Shown piece by piece: positions 11,430 to 20,489 of a DNA stretch of 64,000 nt. The notes below the pieces were generated by a model. The model worked only from the letters and a program-made list of their open reading frames with translations. It had not been told where the DNA came from and made no database searches. Both the position numbers and the translations under genes were made by a program. Numbering within the stretch: position 1 is the stretch's first letter; every line of letters starts with the position of its first letter. Source of the stretch: a virus (lineage: Duplodnaviria > Caudoviricetes); IMG/VR virus record IMGVR_UViG_2724679557_000005, positions 26,522 to 90,521 of that record; one strand, written 5' to 3'.

Positions 11430-11921
11430 ATGAAAAAGAAATCAATTTTAGCATTAGCATTAATGACTGTAATGTCTACATCGATTTTTATGATTGGATG
11501 TAGTAGCACAAATACTGGAGCCACAAGCAATAGTATTAACCATGCTTCAAGCAAAATAAATCAAGGAATTAATGAAGTTGGTCAAGAATTTCATTTTGAT
11601 ACAGCTAAATTTGTAGACAATATGAAGGGTTCAGGATATGATATTACTAATTACTCAGTTGAAGAAAATTTACCTGGATCAGCTGTTGCAACTTCATACA
11701 GCCTTGGTAACGATAAAGTATATATTTATCAATACAACACACGTAATGATTTGTATGAAGACATCATGACACTTTCTGAATTGAGTAAACTTGGAATAAG
11801 CGATGAATTTTCTAATGTATCTCATTATTATAAACAAGGAAAATTGCTTATAAGATATGAAGGTAGTAATTCTGAAAATTTAAGTCACTTTGATAAGTCA
11901 TTTGGTAATTTGTTCGTTTAA
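11430..11921 (+). CDS. Putative lipoprotein (paralog of next gene)
   Basis: MKKKSILALAL...MIGC lipobox; C-terminal YIYQY...YYKQGKLLIRYEG resembles the next ORF. Confidence 0.75.
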   Translation: MKKKSILALALMTVMSTSIFMIGCSSTNTGATSNSINHASSKINQGINEVGQEFHFDTAKFVDNMKGSGYDITNYSVEENLPGSAVATSYSLGNDKVYIYQYNTRNDLYEDIMTLSELSKLGISDEFSNVSHYYKQGKLLIRYEGSNSENLSHFDKSFGNLFV

Positions 11922-12103
11922 TTTTTTTCGGATGAAATAGCTTTTTATTATAAGTTATTTCATCTTTTTTATTTACTCATTTTAATTTACATAATGTTGA
12001 TTATGTATTAAAGTCAGTTCTAGTTTTTAAGGAATATGAATATATTGAGTTTTTTTTGGCAAACTAAATTAGAAATATTAATTAGAAATGAGGTGTAAGA
12101 TTT

Positions 12104-12634
12104 ATGAAAAGAAAATCAATTTTAGCCTTACTAATGGCTACGTTGATATCATGTTCAATGTTTATAGGCTGTGGATCTAATACTTCTAATGAAGCTAAAA
12201 CAGATATGAAGCAAGCTGGGGAAAATGTCAAGGAAGATGTTAAGGATTTAGGTAATAATGTTAAAGATGCAACAAAAGACGTTGGAGAAACTATAAAATA
12301 TACAGCGATAAATTTTAAAGATGATGTAGTAAATGCTGGTCATGAACTTAAAGATGCAGTAGATGGAAGCAAAAAGGATTATTTTAAAGGAACAGAGACT
12401 GATTATATGGTTGAAAATGATTATGTTAGAGTTTATGAATATGATGATTCCAATAAACTTAATGAGGATATAAAAAGAATATCTACTGATGGGATGACCG
12501 TAGAAGGAGCGAACGTAGACTATACTGCTAAACCTTATTATTATAAAAAGGGGAATACTTTAATTGTATATGAAGGAAATAATCCTACATATGTTAATCA
12601 ATTTAAAGAAACGTTAGGCGAACCTATAAGATAA
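12104..12634 (+). CDS. Putative lipoprotein
   Basis: MKRKSILALL...FIGC lipobox; VRVYEY...YYKKGNTLIVYEG. Confidence 0.8.
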   Translation: MKRKSILALLMATLISCSMFIGCGSNTSNEAKTDMKQAGENVKEDVKDLGNNVKDATKDVGETIKYTAINFKDDVVNAGHELKDAVDGSKKDYFKGTETDYMVENDYVRVYEYDDSNKLNEDIKRISTDGMTVEGANVDYTAKPYYYKKGNTLIVYEGNNPTYVNQFKETLGEPIR

Positions 12635-12747
12635 TAAATATTGATTACAGTATAAATATTATGTAAAGTAATTTATTGATAATAAAAAATCTCTATTATG
12701 AATGTTAAATTTATAATAGAGATTTTTTATAAATAGGAGAGTATACA

Positions 12748-13737
12748 TTATAATTTTGATAATGGATTTGATTTTACAGCATCTCTTAATGTATCATTAT
12801 CTACATGAGTATAAATTTGAGTTGTAGAAATGTTTTCATGACCTAATATATTTTGTAAGCTTCTTATATCTACATCTCCATACTTGTACATAAGTGTAGC
12901 AGCAGTATGTCTTAATTTATGAGGAGTATATTTCGCATCCGTTAAACCTGCATTTTTCACATGTTTCTTTATCATTATTTCAACTGTCCTTTGATTAATA
13001 GGTTTATTATGAGAAGATAAAAATAGAAATTTTTTATATTCTGGCAAAGCCTTTGAATCATCTCTAATTCTCATATAATTCTCGATTGATTTTAAACAAG
13101 CTTCATTTAAATAAACAGTACGTTCCTTATTACCTTTACCTATGATTGCTAATATATCATTTCTGATTTTCTCGATAGATATACCACATAATTCAGATAA
13201 ACGCATTCCACAGTTCAAAAAAAGTGTTAATATACAATAATCTCTAGCATAATTTTTATTATTTTTATCTAATGAAGATAATAAGTGTATACTCTGATCT
13301 AATGTTAAATATACAGGCTGTCTTTTATTTATTTTAGGGGATTCTAATTCGGTTGTAGGGTTGTCCACAATTATTTTAGCTTTACCTTGCAAAAATTTAA
13401 AATATGATTTTAATGTTGCAACTTTTCTAGCTCTAGCATAAGCGCTATTATTTCTATATTTTTCAATAAAAGACATGAAAGCATAAAGATCTCTTAATTG
13501 TATTGATTTTAAAAATTCATCATCTATATCTGTAATATCGATATCTTCAAACTCTATTTTTTTATCTTTAACAATTCCTCTATATAGTTTCATAAATCTG
13601 AAAAAAATTGTTAAATCCTTTTTGTAAGCAGCAATTGTATTACTAGATTTATTTTTAATTGTTTCTAAGTAATTTAAAAAATCTATTACAGAATCGGGGA
13701 GATCTTTATTTTTAAAAAATTCAATATCATAATTCAT
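12748..13737 (-). CDS. xerC: Xer-family tyrosine recombinase (XerC/XerS-like chromosome dimer resolvase)
   Basis: RDYCIL..GMRLSEL, GKGNKER, HKLRH, LGHENISTTQIY catalytic motifs; dif-like palindrome 85 bp upstream. Confidence 0.85.
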   Translation of the reverse strand: MNYDIEFFKNKDLPDSVIDFLNYLETIKNKSSNTIAAYKKDLTIFFRFMKLYRGIVKDKKIEFEDIDITDIDDEFLKSIQLRDLYAFMSFIEKYRNNSAYARARKVATLKSYFKFLQGKAKIIVDNPTTELESPKINKRQPVYLTLDQSIHLLSSLDKNNKNYARDYCILTLFLNCGMRLSELCGISIEKIRNDILAIIGKGNKERTVYLNEACLKSIENYMRIRDDSKALPEYKKFLFLSSHNKPINQRTVEIMIKKHVKNAGLTDAKYTPHKLRHTAATLMYKYGDVDIRSLQNILGHENISTTQIYTHVDNDTLRDAVKSNPLSKL

Positions 13738-13822
13738 TTATTTATCACCATCATTTACTATAATTTAAATCTATTCTTATAAGATTTAAATATATTATAC
13801 CAATAAATGAATTTTTAATCAA

Positions 13823-13854
13823 TTATTTCGGGAAATGTATATTTCCCGAAATAA
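13823..13854. other. Candidate dif site (difSL-like)
   Basis: Perfect 14-bp inverted repeat TTATTTCGGGAAAT-GTAT-ATTTCCCGAAATAA directly upstream of the xer gene, near where host gene orientation flips. Confidence 0.65.
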
Positions 13855-14257
13855 AATTAAACGATTTTTAGTGTAAATTTTGATTTTTTTCTAAATTTAA
13901 ACCTTGGTTTTAATTTCTCTCTTATTAATTTTAAATTATAATTTATATTTTTTATTTTTAACAACCTGTTTAACTTAAATTATTGCCGATAAACCAAATT
14001 CTAAACATTTAATTTGTTTACAAAATCCAACTTCTTTTAACCTCAAATGATAATTATTATTTACAAACAAACTCATTCCTCTAGTTGTAAAATTATTACT
14101 TTTTTCTAATTATAATTTTAATAAAAACGTAAATTTTACATATATTATAGTAATTAATTTGTATGAAAATTTAAATTTGAATTCCTGTTCAATCTAGCAT
14201 TTCTACTTTTTAATAATTTTCAAATTTAATTTTCAAAATAGATGTTGGATGAAAATT

Positions 14258-14311
14258 TGGACAAAAATTGTAGATAAATATATAATTAATATGTATTTAT
14301 CTACAATTTTT
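14258..14311 (+). promoter_or_regulatory. Probable ybaK promoter overlapped by an 18-bp inverted repeat
   Basis: TGGACA-17-TATAAT (14258-14286); arms AAAAATTGTAGATAAATA / TATTTATCTACAATTTTT. Confidence 0.45.
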
Positions 14312-14407
14312 CACATGAAATTAAAAAGTAGATGAATTTTAAAATCATTACACTTATCTATAGATTTTTTTCAATAATATTTTATTTATATAACAGGAGG
14401 AAAAATT

Positions 14408-14887
14408 ATGGCAAAAGAAAGTAAGACTAATGCTATGAGAATTTTAGACAGCAGCAAAATAGAATATACCACTTATAACTATCAAAATAAAGATGGAAAA
14501 ATAGATGGCGTAGCTGTTGCAAATAAAATAAATAAGAATGAAAATGAAGTTTTTAAAACTTTGATTACTCAGGGACACTCTAAAGAATTTTATGTATATG
14601 TTGTTCCAGTTGCACAAGAATTAGACATGAAAAAAGCTGCAAAAGCTGCATCTGAAAAAAGTATTGAAATGATTCACATTAAAGACATTAATAAAATAAC
14701 AGGATATATAAGAGGTGGATGCTCTCCTATCGGAATGAAGAAAACATTTAAAACTTTTTTTCATAACACTGCTTTGAATTGTGAAACAATAGTATTTAGT
14801 GGCGGTAAAATCGGATCTCAAATCGAAATGAACCCAAGGCAATTAGAAAATATACTAGATTGTATTTTTGTAGATATAATCAAATAG
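14408..14887 (+). CDS. ybaK: Cys-tRNA(Pro) deacylase
   Basis: KTNAMRILD, VFKTL, TGYIRGGCSPIGMK motifs. Confidence 0.92.
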   Translation: MAKESKTNAMRILDSSKIEYTTYNYQNKDGKIDGVAVANKINKNENEVFKTLITQGHSKEFYVYVVPVAQELDMKKAAKAASEKSIEMIHIKDINKITGYIRGGCSPIGMKKTFKTFFHNTALNCETIVFSGGKIGSQIEMNPRQLENILDCIFVDIIK

Positions 14888-14978
14888 ATTATATTAGTAG
14901 ATGATAAATAATTCAATTATATTTTGATAATTATCTATATTTAATGCTATTTATATTTATTTAGTGTAAACAAACTTA

Positions 14979-15038
14979 GAAGGTGCCATTTTTGCGTGTA
15001 TAGAACATATGTTCTGCACGCGAAAAAATGGCACTTTC
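14979..15038. repeat. 60-bp imperfect palindrome centred on a perfect SOS box
   Basis: GAAGGTGCCATTTTT-GCGTG...GAACATATGTTC...CACGC-AAAAATGGCACTTTC; lies between convergent ybaK and miaB. Confidence 0.7.
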
Positions 15039-15209
15039 ATAAAAATATTAATATCAAAATATATTTTTATATCTCTATATTTTAATCTCTTGTAGAAAAC
15101 CCCTACTAAGCATCAAATACTTTGTAGGGGTTTTTATTATATAGTCCAAATAATAAACTGTATTAAGATTATTATTTATTAATCCCAATACAGTTTGTCT
15201 AATAATACC

Positions 15210-16577
15210 CTACTGCTCTACAACTTCTCCTACTAAAGAAAATGATTTAGCTTCAATTATTTTAACTTTAACAAGTTTTCCTATCATTTCTTTACAACCA
15301 TCAAAGTTTACAAGCTTAGCATTTCTTGTTCTACCAGTTAATTTGTTTTCATTATTCTTACTAGTTCCCTCAACTAAAACTTCATATATTTTTCCTTCAG
15401 CAGCTTTATTTCCAACAACAATACCTTCATTAACAGCAGCTACAAGTCTATTAAATCTATCATGTTTAACATCATCTGGAATTTGATCTTCCATTTTATC
15501 TGCGGGTGTGTGATTTCTTCTTGAATATATGAAAGTAAATGCTGCATCATATCTAACTTCTTTTACTAAGTTAATTGTTTCCTCAAAATCTTCTTCAGTT
15601 TCACCTGGGAATCCAACTATTATATCTGTTGAGAATGTTACATCTGGGATTTCTTCTCTTATTTTTTTAGCTAATTCTAAATATTGTTCTTTATTATAAT
15701 GTCTATTCATTTTTTGCAATATTTCATTACTACCACTTTGTACAGGTAAATGTATTTGTTCACAAAGCTTATCGCAATCTCTTATAGCATAAACCACATC
15801 TAAAGTTAAATCTTTAGGATGAGATGTCATAAATCTTAATCTTTCAAGTCCATCTATTTCATTAATTCTTCTTAAAAGTTGTGCAAAAGTAATTTCTTCT
15901 TCAAGACCTTTACCATAAGAATTTACGTTTTGTCCAAGTAAAGTAATTTCTTTATATCCATTAGAAACCAATTCTTTTATTTCATTTTCTATATCTTCTG
16001 GTCTTCTACTTCTTTCTCTCCCTCTAACATAAGGAACTACACAATATGTACAAAAATTATTGCATCCATACATTATAGTAACAAAAGCTTTTACATTGCT
16101 TTTTCTGTCTATTGGAACACCTTCTACAATTTCAGTTTCTTTATCAAAAATCTCTTTAACTTGAACGCCTTCAACTTGAACTCTATGCAAATATTCTGGG
16201 AACTTGTATGCATTATGAGTTCCAAATATTATGTCAACGTAAGGGAATCTACTTAAAATTTCATCTGCCATCCCCTTTTGTTGCATCATACAACCACATA
16301 GAGCTATTATTAAATTAGGATTCTTCTCTTTTTGATTTTTTAATCTTCCAAGATTTCCAAAAACCTTATTTTCAGCATTTTCTCTTACACAACATGTATT
16401 GAAAATTACAATTGAAGCTTCATCTCTATTTTCTGTTTCTTCATAGCCTTGCGACTTAAGCATTCCTGAAAGCTTCTCAGAATCTTCTTCATTCATTTGA
16501 CAACCAAAGGTAGAAATAAAGAAGAATTCTTTTTTATCTATTTTATTTTCTTTTAAAGCGTCTATATCAAAATTCAT
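15210..16577 (-). CDS. miaB: tRNA-2-methylthio-N6-dimethylallyladenosine synthase; first ~25 codons are prophage-derived
   Basis: GCQMN, NTCCVRE, GCMMQ, radical-SAM CNNFCTYC, C-terminal TRAM domain; attachment junction lies at the Gly-Cys codons (16501-16505). Confidence 0.97.
   Translation of the reverse strand: MNFDIDALKENKIDKKEFFFISTFGCQMNEEDSEKLSGMLKSQGYEETENRDEASIVIFNTCCVRENAENKVFGNLGRLKNQKEKNPNLIIALCGCMMQQKGMADEILSRFPYVDIIFGTHNAYKFPEYLHRVQVEGVQVKEIFDKETEIVEGVPIDRKSNVKAFVTIMYGCNNFCTYCVVPYVRGRERSRRPEDIENEIKELVSNGYKEITLLGQNVNSYGKGLEEEITFAQLLRRINEIDGLERLRFMTSHPKDLTLDVVYAIRDCDKLCEQIHLPVQSGSNEILQKMNRHYNKEQYLELAKKIREEIPDVTFSTDIIVGFPGETEEDFEETINLVKEVRYDAAFTFIYSRRNHTPADKMEDQIPDDVKHDRFNRLVAAVNEGIVVGNKAAEGKIYEVLVEGTSKNNENKLTGRTRNAKLVNFDGCKEMIGKLVKVKIIEAKSFSLVGEVVEQ
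16484..16528. other. Left prophage attachment junction (host miaB arm plus phage arm), core CAACC at 16501-16505
   Basis: Core repeated at 62335-62339; phage arm GTAGAAATAAAGAAGAATT (16510-16528) is the 18/19 inverted copy of 62309-62327. Confidence 0.88.
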
Positions 16578-16584
16578 TAGTATT

Positions 16585-16682
16585 CCTCCAAGTTTTAAAA
16601 ATTATACTTCTATATTATATCATAATTTAAAGTATAAAATAAAGGTTTGCAAAATAGTGACTTGATATCTATCTTACAAACC
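16585..16682 (-). promoter_or_regulatory. Phage-supplied terminator, extended -10 promoter and RBS driving miaB
   Basis: Minus strand: hairpin GGTTTGTAAGATAG/CTATTTTGCAAACC plus T-rich tail (16644-16682), TGATATAAT (16614-16622), GGAGG (16585-16589). Confidence 0.6.
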
Positions 16683-16698
16683 ATAGTATATTTTTATT

Positions 16699-18723
16699 TT
16701 ATTGCAATTGTTCCTTAAGATTGAGTATTTCATTTGTAATTTCATTAACCAACAATCTACCCTCTTCATCACTCATATCTTCAATTTCTTTATTTATTAT
16801 AGTTTTATTAAATTCTAATTTATTTAAAATATATTTATGATTTAGTTCAAAGTTTTTAAAAACATCATCCCATGTCATTGCATAAATTTCAAATTGCTTG
16901 CCACCTCTAACAAGAAATCTCTTTCCTTTATCTTTAAAAGTATCATATAAATCCATAATATCTTCATCAACTCTTTGACTTACCATTATAAATTTCCATT
17001 TTCTACGACTACTATTAAATCTACCTTCTTTAGATATTAATCTCATATAGTCTTCAATTTGTCTATATATTATTGAGTCAAGTACAACACTTGGGGCTTT
17101 TAACTCAACAATAATATTTTCTTCATCCTCTGTAGCATTTTCAGAATATATACTTCTTGATCTGCACATAAATATGTCTGGTCTTCTTAATCTTTGAGGA
17201 TTATCTATTAAATATTTTTCTTCACTTTTATATCCATCCAATATATATGTGTAATTTTCTAATGCTTTTTCAAAATTTTTATCAGCTGATACAATATTAT
17301 ATTGTTCTCCAAATAACCAATAATTTTCTTCTATAATTTTTTGTATATGATCTCTTTCATTTGTAAAATTAGTCATATCATGTACTAAAAACTTAAGTGC
17401 TTCTATAACTTTTAATCTATTTTGAATGAGAGAAACAGTTTTAATTATTCTAGATAATGTAGTTTTCCTTAGTACGTCATTCAATTGATTTCTTTCTTCT
17501 GTAGTTAAACTATTTATACTATCCATAATATTTATAATCCCCTCCCTTTCATCAGTATCCAATAACAAATTAAGAAATCCAACTATTGTTTTTTTGTGTT
17601 CAAAAGGGCCATTAAAAATTTTAGGCTGAATAACATAGATTTCAGTTAAAACTTCTTTTAGATCCTCTTTTTTCATTTCACCATATTTGCCAGTCTTAAA
17701 TTTAGGAAATACGCCTTCCTTCTCTAGTTGTTCTATTTTTTCTGGAGCTTTATCTTTGATATATAATTTTATTTGATCTTTTAATATATATATAAGTTTA
17801 TTGTTTAACTCCTTAAAAGTTTTATCCTTTTGTGTCTTTTCATTTAATAATCCAATTTGATTTTCTAATTTATCTGTAGTTGAATCATCTTCATAAAAAT
17901 CATCAAAATAGTTAGATTTTACATACATACTATGTGGAAACGCTAAACTCTTTTTATTAAAAGAAGTGAATTTTTTATATACTTGAGTATTTTCACTATT
18001 TCTAAAATAGAAATAGTACTTTTCTTTAATTTTTCCATTCCATTTAATAAAATTAACCTTAAAATCATAATTATCAATTGAAAGAGTTAACTCTTTACTA
18101 AGTGATTCATCTATAAACGTCATATAATCTAATGATTTACCATCAATCAATATTTCATACTTATTTTCTCTGTTTAAATATAAAAACCAAGCAAATTGAT
18201 CCTTTAAATATTGAATAAAATTATAATTACTTATATTTTCTTTTGTTAATGAATTTACTCCAGATAAAATTACCGTAGTCCCAATTTCATCTAAACAAAT
18301 ACATTTATCACTTACATCAAATTCAGTTGCATTTGATTTTAATATTTGTATGCTATATTTTTGATTATTATTACTATCATTATAAACAGTATTCCATAAT
18401 GCTATTTCAGCAAATGAAATAAATGAAAATCTTCCTTTTCCTTTTGATCCATGAATATTACTTTGTCTTTTTATTATTGACTTATTAGAATCTAAAACAC
18501 ATTTAAAAGTTTTGTCTAAATCTTCATAAATTATACCTTTACCATTATCTTTTATATATATGCTCTCAATTCCACCTAATTCATTTTCATTAAAAGTAAT
18601 TTCAATTTTATTTGCTCCTGCATCAAATCCATTCCATATATATTCACTTATACATTCATTAAAATCTTGACTTATACCAAGTTTATTTATACTTTTATTT
18701 GTCAATCCTGCTGTGTATTTCAT
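16699..18723 (-). CDS. GHKL (MORC/HATPase_c_3-like) ATPase fused to a C-terminal PD-(D/E)xK nuclease; candidate anti-phage protein
   Basis: ExIWNGFDA, DNGKG, GSKGKGRF, GTTV GHKL motifs; RPDIF...IIVELKAP...QIEDY nuclease motifs; start at 18723 follows a GGGGG RBS (ORF track starts at 18759). Confidence 0.8.
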   Translation of the reverse strand: MKYTAGLTNKSINKLGISQDFNECISEYIWNGFDAGANKIEITFNENELGGIESIYIKDNGKGIIYEDLDKTFKCVLDSNKSIIKRQSNIHGSKGKGRFSFISFAEIALWNTVYNDSNNNQKYSIQILKSNATEFDVSDKCICLDEIGTTVILSGVNSLTKENISNYNFIQYLKDQFAWFLYLNRENKYEILIDGKSLDYMTFIDESLSKELTLSIDNYDFKVNFIKWNGKIKEKYYFYFRNSENTQVYKKFTSFNKKSLAFPHSMYVKSNYFDDFYEDDSTTDKLENQIGLLNEKTQKDKTFKELNNKLIYILKDQIKLYIKDKAPEKIEQLEKEGVFPKFKTGKYGEMKKEDLKEVLTEIYVIQPKIFNGPFEHKKTIVGFLNLLLDTDEREGIINIMDSINSLTTEERNQLNDVLRKTTLSRIIKTVSLIQNRLKVIEALKFLVHDMTNFTNERDHIQKIIEENYWLFGEQYNIVSADKNFEKALENYTYILDGYKSEEKYLIDNPQRLRRPDIFMCRSRSIYSENATEDEENIIVELKAPSVVLDSIIYRQIEDYMRLISKEGRFNSSRRKWKFIMVSQRVDEDIMDLYDTFKDKGKRFLVRGGKQFEIYAMTWDDVFKNFELNHKYILNKLEFNKTIINKEIEDMSDEEGRLLVNEITNEILNLKEQLQ

Positions 18724-18748
18724 TAAGCTACCCCCATTTAATTGTCTA

Positions 18749-18847
18749 TTGTATTTCATTCATAAACCAATTATAATAGAGGTATATTAAATAGAAATAC
18801 ATTTATAGTGAAACCACATTTGCTTTGCACGGCTAGTGGTTTCTTTT
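18749..18847 (+). ncRNA. Putative antisense sRNA unit in the leader of the GHKL-nuclease gene
   Basis: TTGTAT-17-TATAAT (18749-18777) then hairpin GAAACCAC/GTGGTTTC plus TTTT about 65 nt downstream. Confidence 0.5.
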
Positions 18848-19126
18848 ATTTTATAATACTTATAGTAAATGGACAAGCTTTCCATAATTTAAAAGTAAAA
18901 ATGTCTCATATTATTATGTTTATTTTTCATTATGTAATCTTTACATAATGATGAAAAACCGTAGTAAGTATGTTTTTATTTCTCAATCTCTTTAACTTAA
19001 CCATTTTTTAAAATATGTAATATATTAGTCGTGGTATTCCAATAATAATTTTATTATTAAATTAATGTTATTTATAGTTATAAAAATAAGGAAGGTGTTA
19101 ACCTTCCCTAACAAAATTAGTATTTA

Positions 19127-19276
19127 TTAAAATTCAACCTCTTCAAATATTTTATATTCATTACTTTTAATATTCTTACAAACATATCCTGTCACATCAT
19201 CATAATTTATTATATAGCTTTCAATAATCCATTCTTGAAAATTATCATCAGTAATAATATCATTAATGCAAATCAT
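19127..19276 (-). CDS. Small hypothetical protein (49 aa) after the relaxase
   Basis: MICINDIITDDNFQEW...FEEVEF*; starts 1 nt after the relaxase stop and is followed by a GGAAGGT/ACCTTCC hairpin. Confidence 0.45.
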   Translation of the reverse strand: MICINDIITDDNFQEWIIESYIINYDDVTGYVCKNIKSNEYKIFEEVEF

Positions 19277-19277
19277 A

Positions 19278-20489
19278 TTATCGTTCTCTTTCATTATTAT
19301 TTGATTTTTCTTGAATATTATCTATAATCTTAAAAACTTCTTTATGCTCTATTCCAAATTTATCACATATATTATTTATAGTTTCTTTATATATATTTTT
19401 TTCTTTAGTTGTCTTTTCTAATGCATTATACAGCAATCTTTCGTTATATGAATCATCATACTTTTCTAATTGTTTATCTTGCATATTATAATAGCCTTCT
19501 AAATCATCTTCTAATTCTTCAATGTGTTTATCTTTAAGTGTATTTTCTTGTGTAATGGTAAATAACATTTTATCTTGATCATGTATTTTATTATTTAATA
19601 AATTATTTTCATTTTCTAATTTACTAATTTCTTTTATTAAATTAGAAATATAAACCTTGTTATTTCTATCTAATTTATTTATTTTCTCTACTAGATCCTT
19701 TGTATCTTCATTTTTTTCTATTTCCATCAATGTGTATTCCAAAGCTTTAACTCTCTTCTCTAATAAATAACTATGTTTAGCATATGCTAATACTTGCCTA
19801 TCATCTATTAGATCAAGTTTTTTCGTTATTAGAGAGTAATAAGTTTTTATATCCATATGCTTTGCCTTAGAACCTCTTACTCCCCTAATAAGATTATTAA
19901 ATCTTTTATTCATATGCTCTGAGTATTTATCTTGCCAGGTCCTCATTTTTTCAATTCCATCAAAATATTTGTTTGAAGATAATTCATATCTATTTTTTTC
20001 ATTATTATAAAACCTAGGTACTATTAAAGCATGTATATGAGGTGTAGTTTCATCCATGTGTAATGTTGCATATAGACAATTCTCACCAAAATGTTTATTT
20101 AAAAAGTTAATATTTTCATGTATCCATTCTTCTTTTTCTTGTTGTGGTAAACTATTGTAAAATCCATTTCCAGTAGTTAATACAAGGTCTGTTGCTATAT
20201 TAGCATTACTTCTTATCTTAATTCCATAAACATGATTTTTAACATTTTCAACTATATTGTTGTTGCCTATTAATACTCTATTTTTATCTTTTTGTCTTGG
20301 ATCTGCATTAATCACATCCATTTCTCTTTCCATATGCTTTTGGAAGGCTTCAACCTGACCTAAATCTTTTATCTTTTTACCTACTCTAAATACACAAAAA
20401 TATACATTAGCTCTAGCTCCAGTAATTTTCTTATTATATTTTTCTAATAAATTTTTATTATCTTCAATTGAATAATTCTTCTGATACAT
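19278..20489 (-). CDS. MobV/Pre-family relaxase
   Basis: KHMERE motif I, ADPRQKDKNRVL, ATLHMDETTPHIHALIVP motif III, coiled-coil C-terminus. Confidence 0.9.
   Translation of the reverse strand: MYQKNYSIEDNKNLLEKYNKKITGARANVYFCVFRVGKKIKDLGQVEAFQKHMEREMDVINADPRQKDKNRVLIGNNNIVENVKNHVYGIKIRSNANIATDLVLTTGNGFYNSLPQQEKEEWIHENINFLNKHFGENCLYATLHMDETTPHIHALIVPRFYNNEKNRYELSSNKYFDGIEKMRTWQDKYSEHMNKRFNNLIRGVRGSKAKHMDIKTYYSLITKKLDLIDDRQVLAYAKHSYLLEKRVKALEYTLMEIEKNEDTKDLVEKINKLDRNNKVYISNLIKEISKLENENNLLNNKIHDQDKMLFTITQENTLKDKHIEELEDDLEGYYNMQDKQLEKYDDSYNERLLYNALEKTTKEKNIYKETINNICDKFGIEHKEVFKIIDNIQEKSNNNERER

Noticed and set aside
12748-13737. Tyrosine recombinase as the prophage or mob-module integrase
   Set aside because: It lies outside the att sites among housekeeping genes next to a dif-like site; the junctions fit the serine integrase.
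13860-14250. Long AT-rich intergenic stretch as an RNA gene or hidden ORF
   Set aside because: No tRNA/rRNA features, credible RBS-led ORF or stable structure recognised by eye.
553-14842. Short minus-strand ORFs inside host genes (553, 1593, 2264, 3617, 5589, 8293, 9061, 9275, 14621)
   Set aside because: Antisense shadows of conserved genes.
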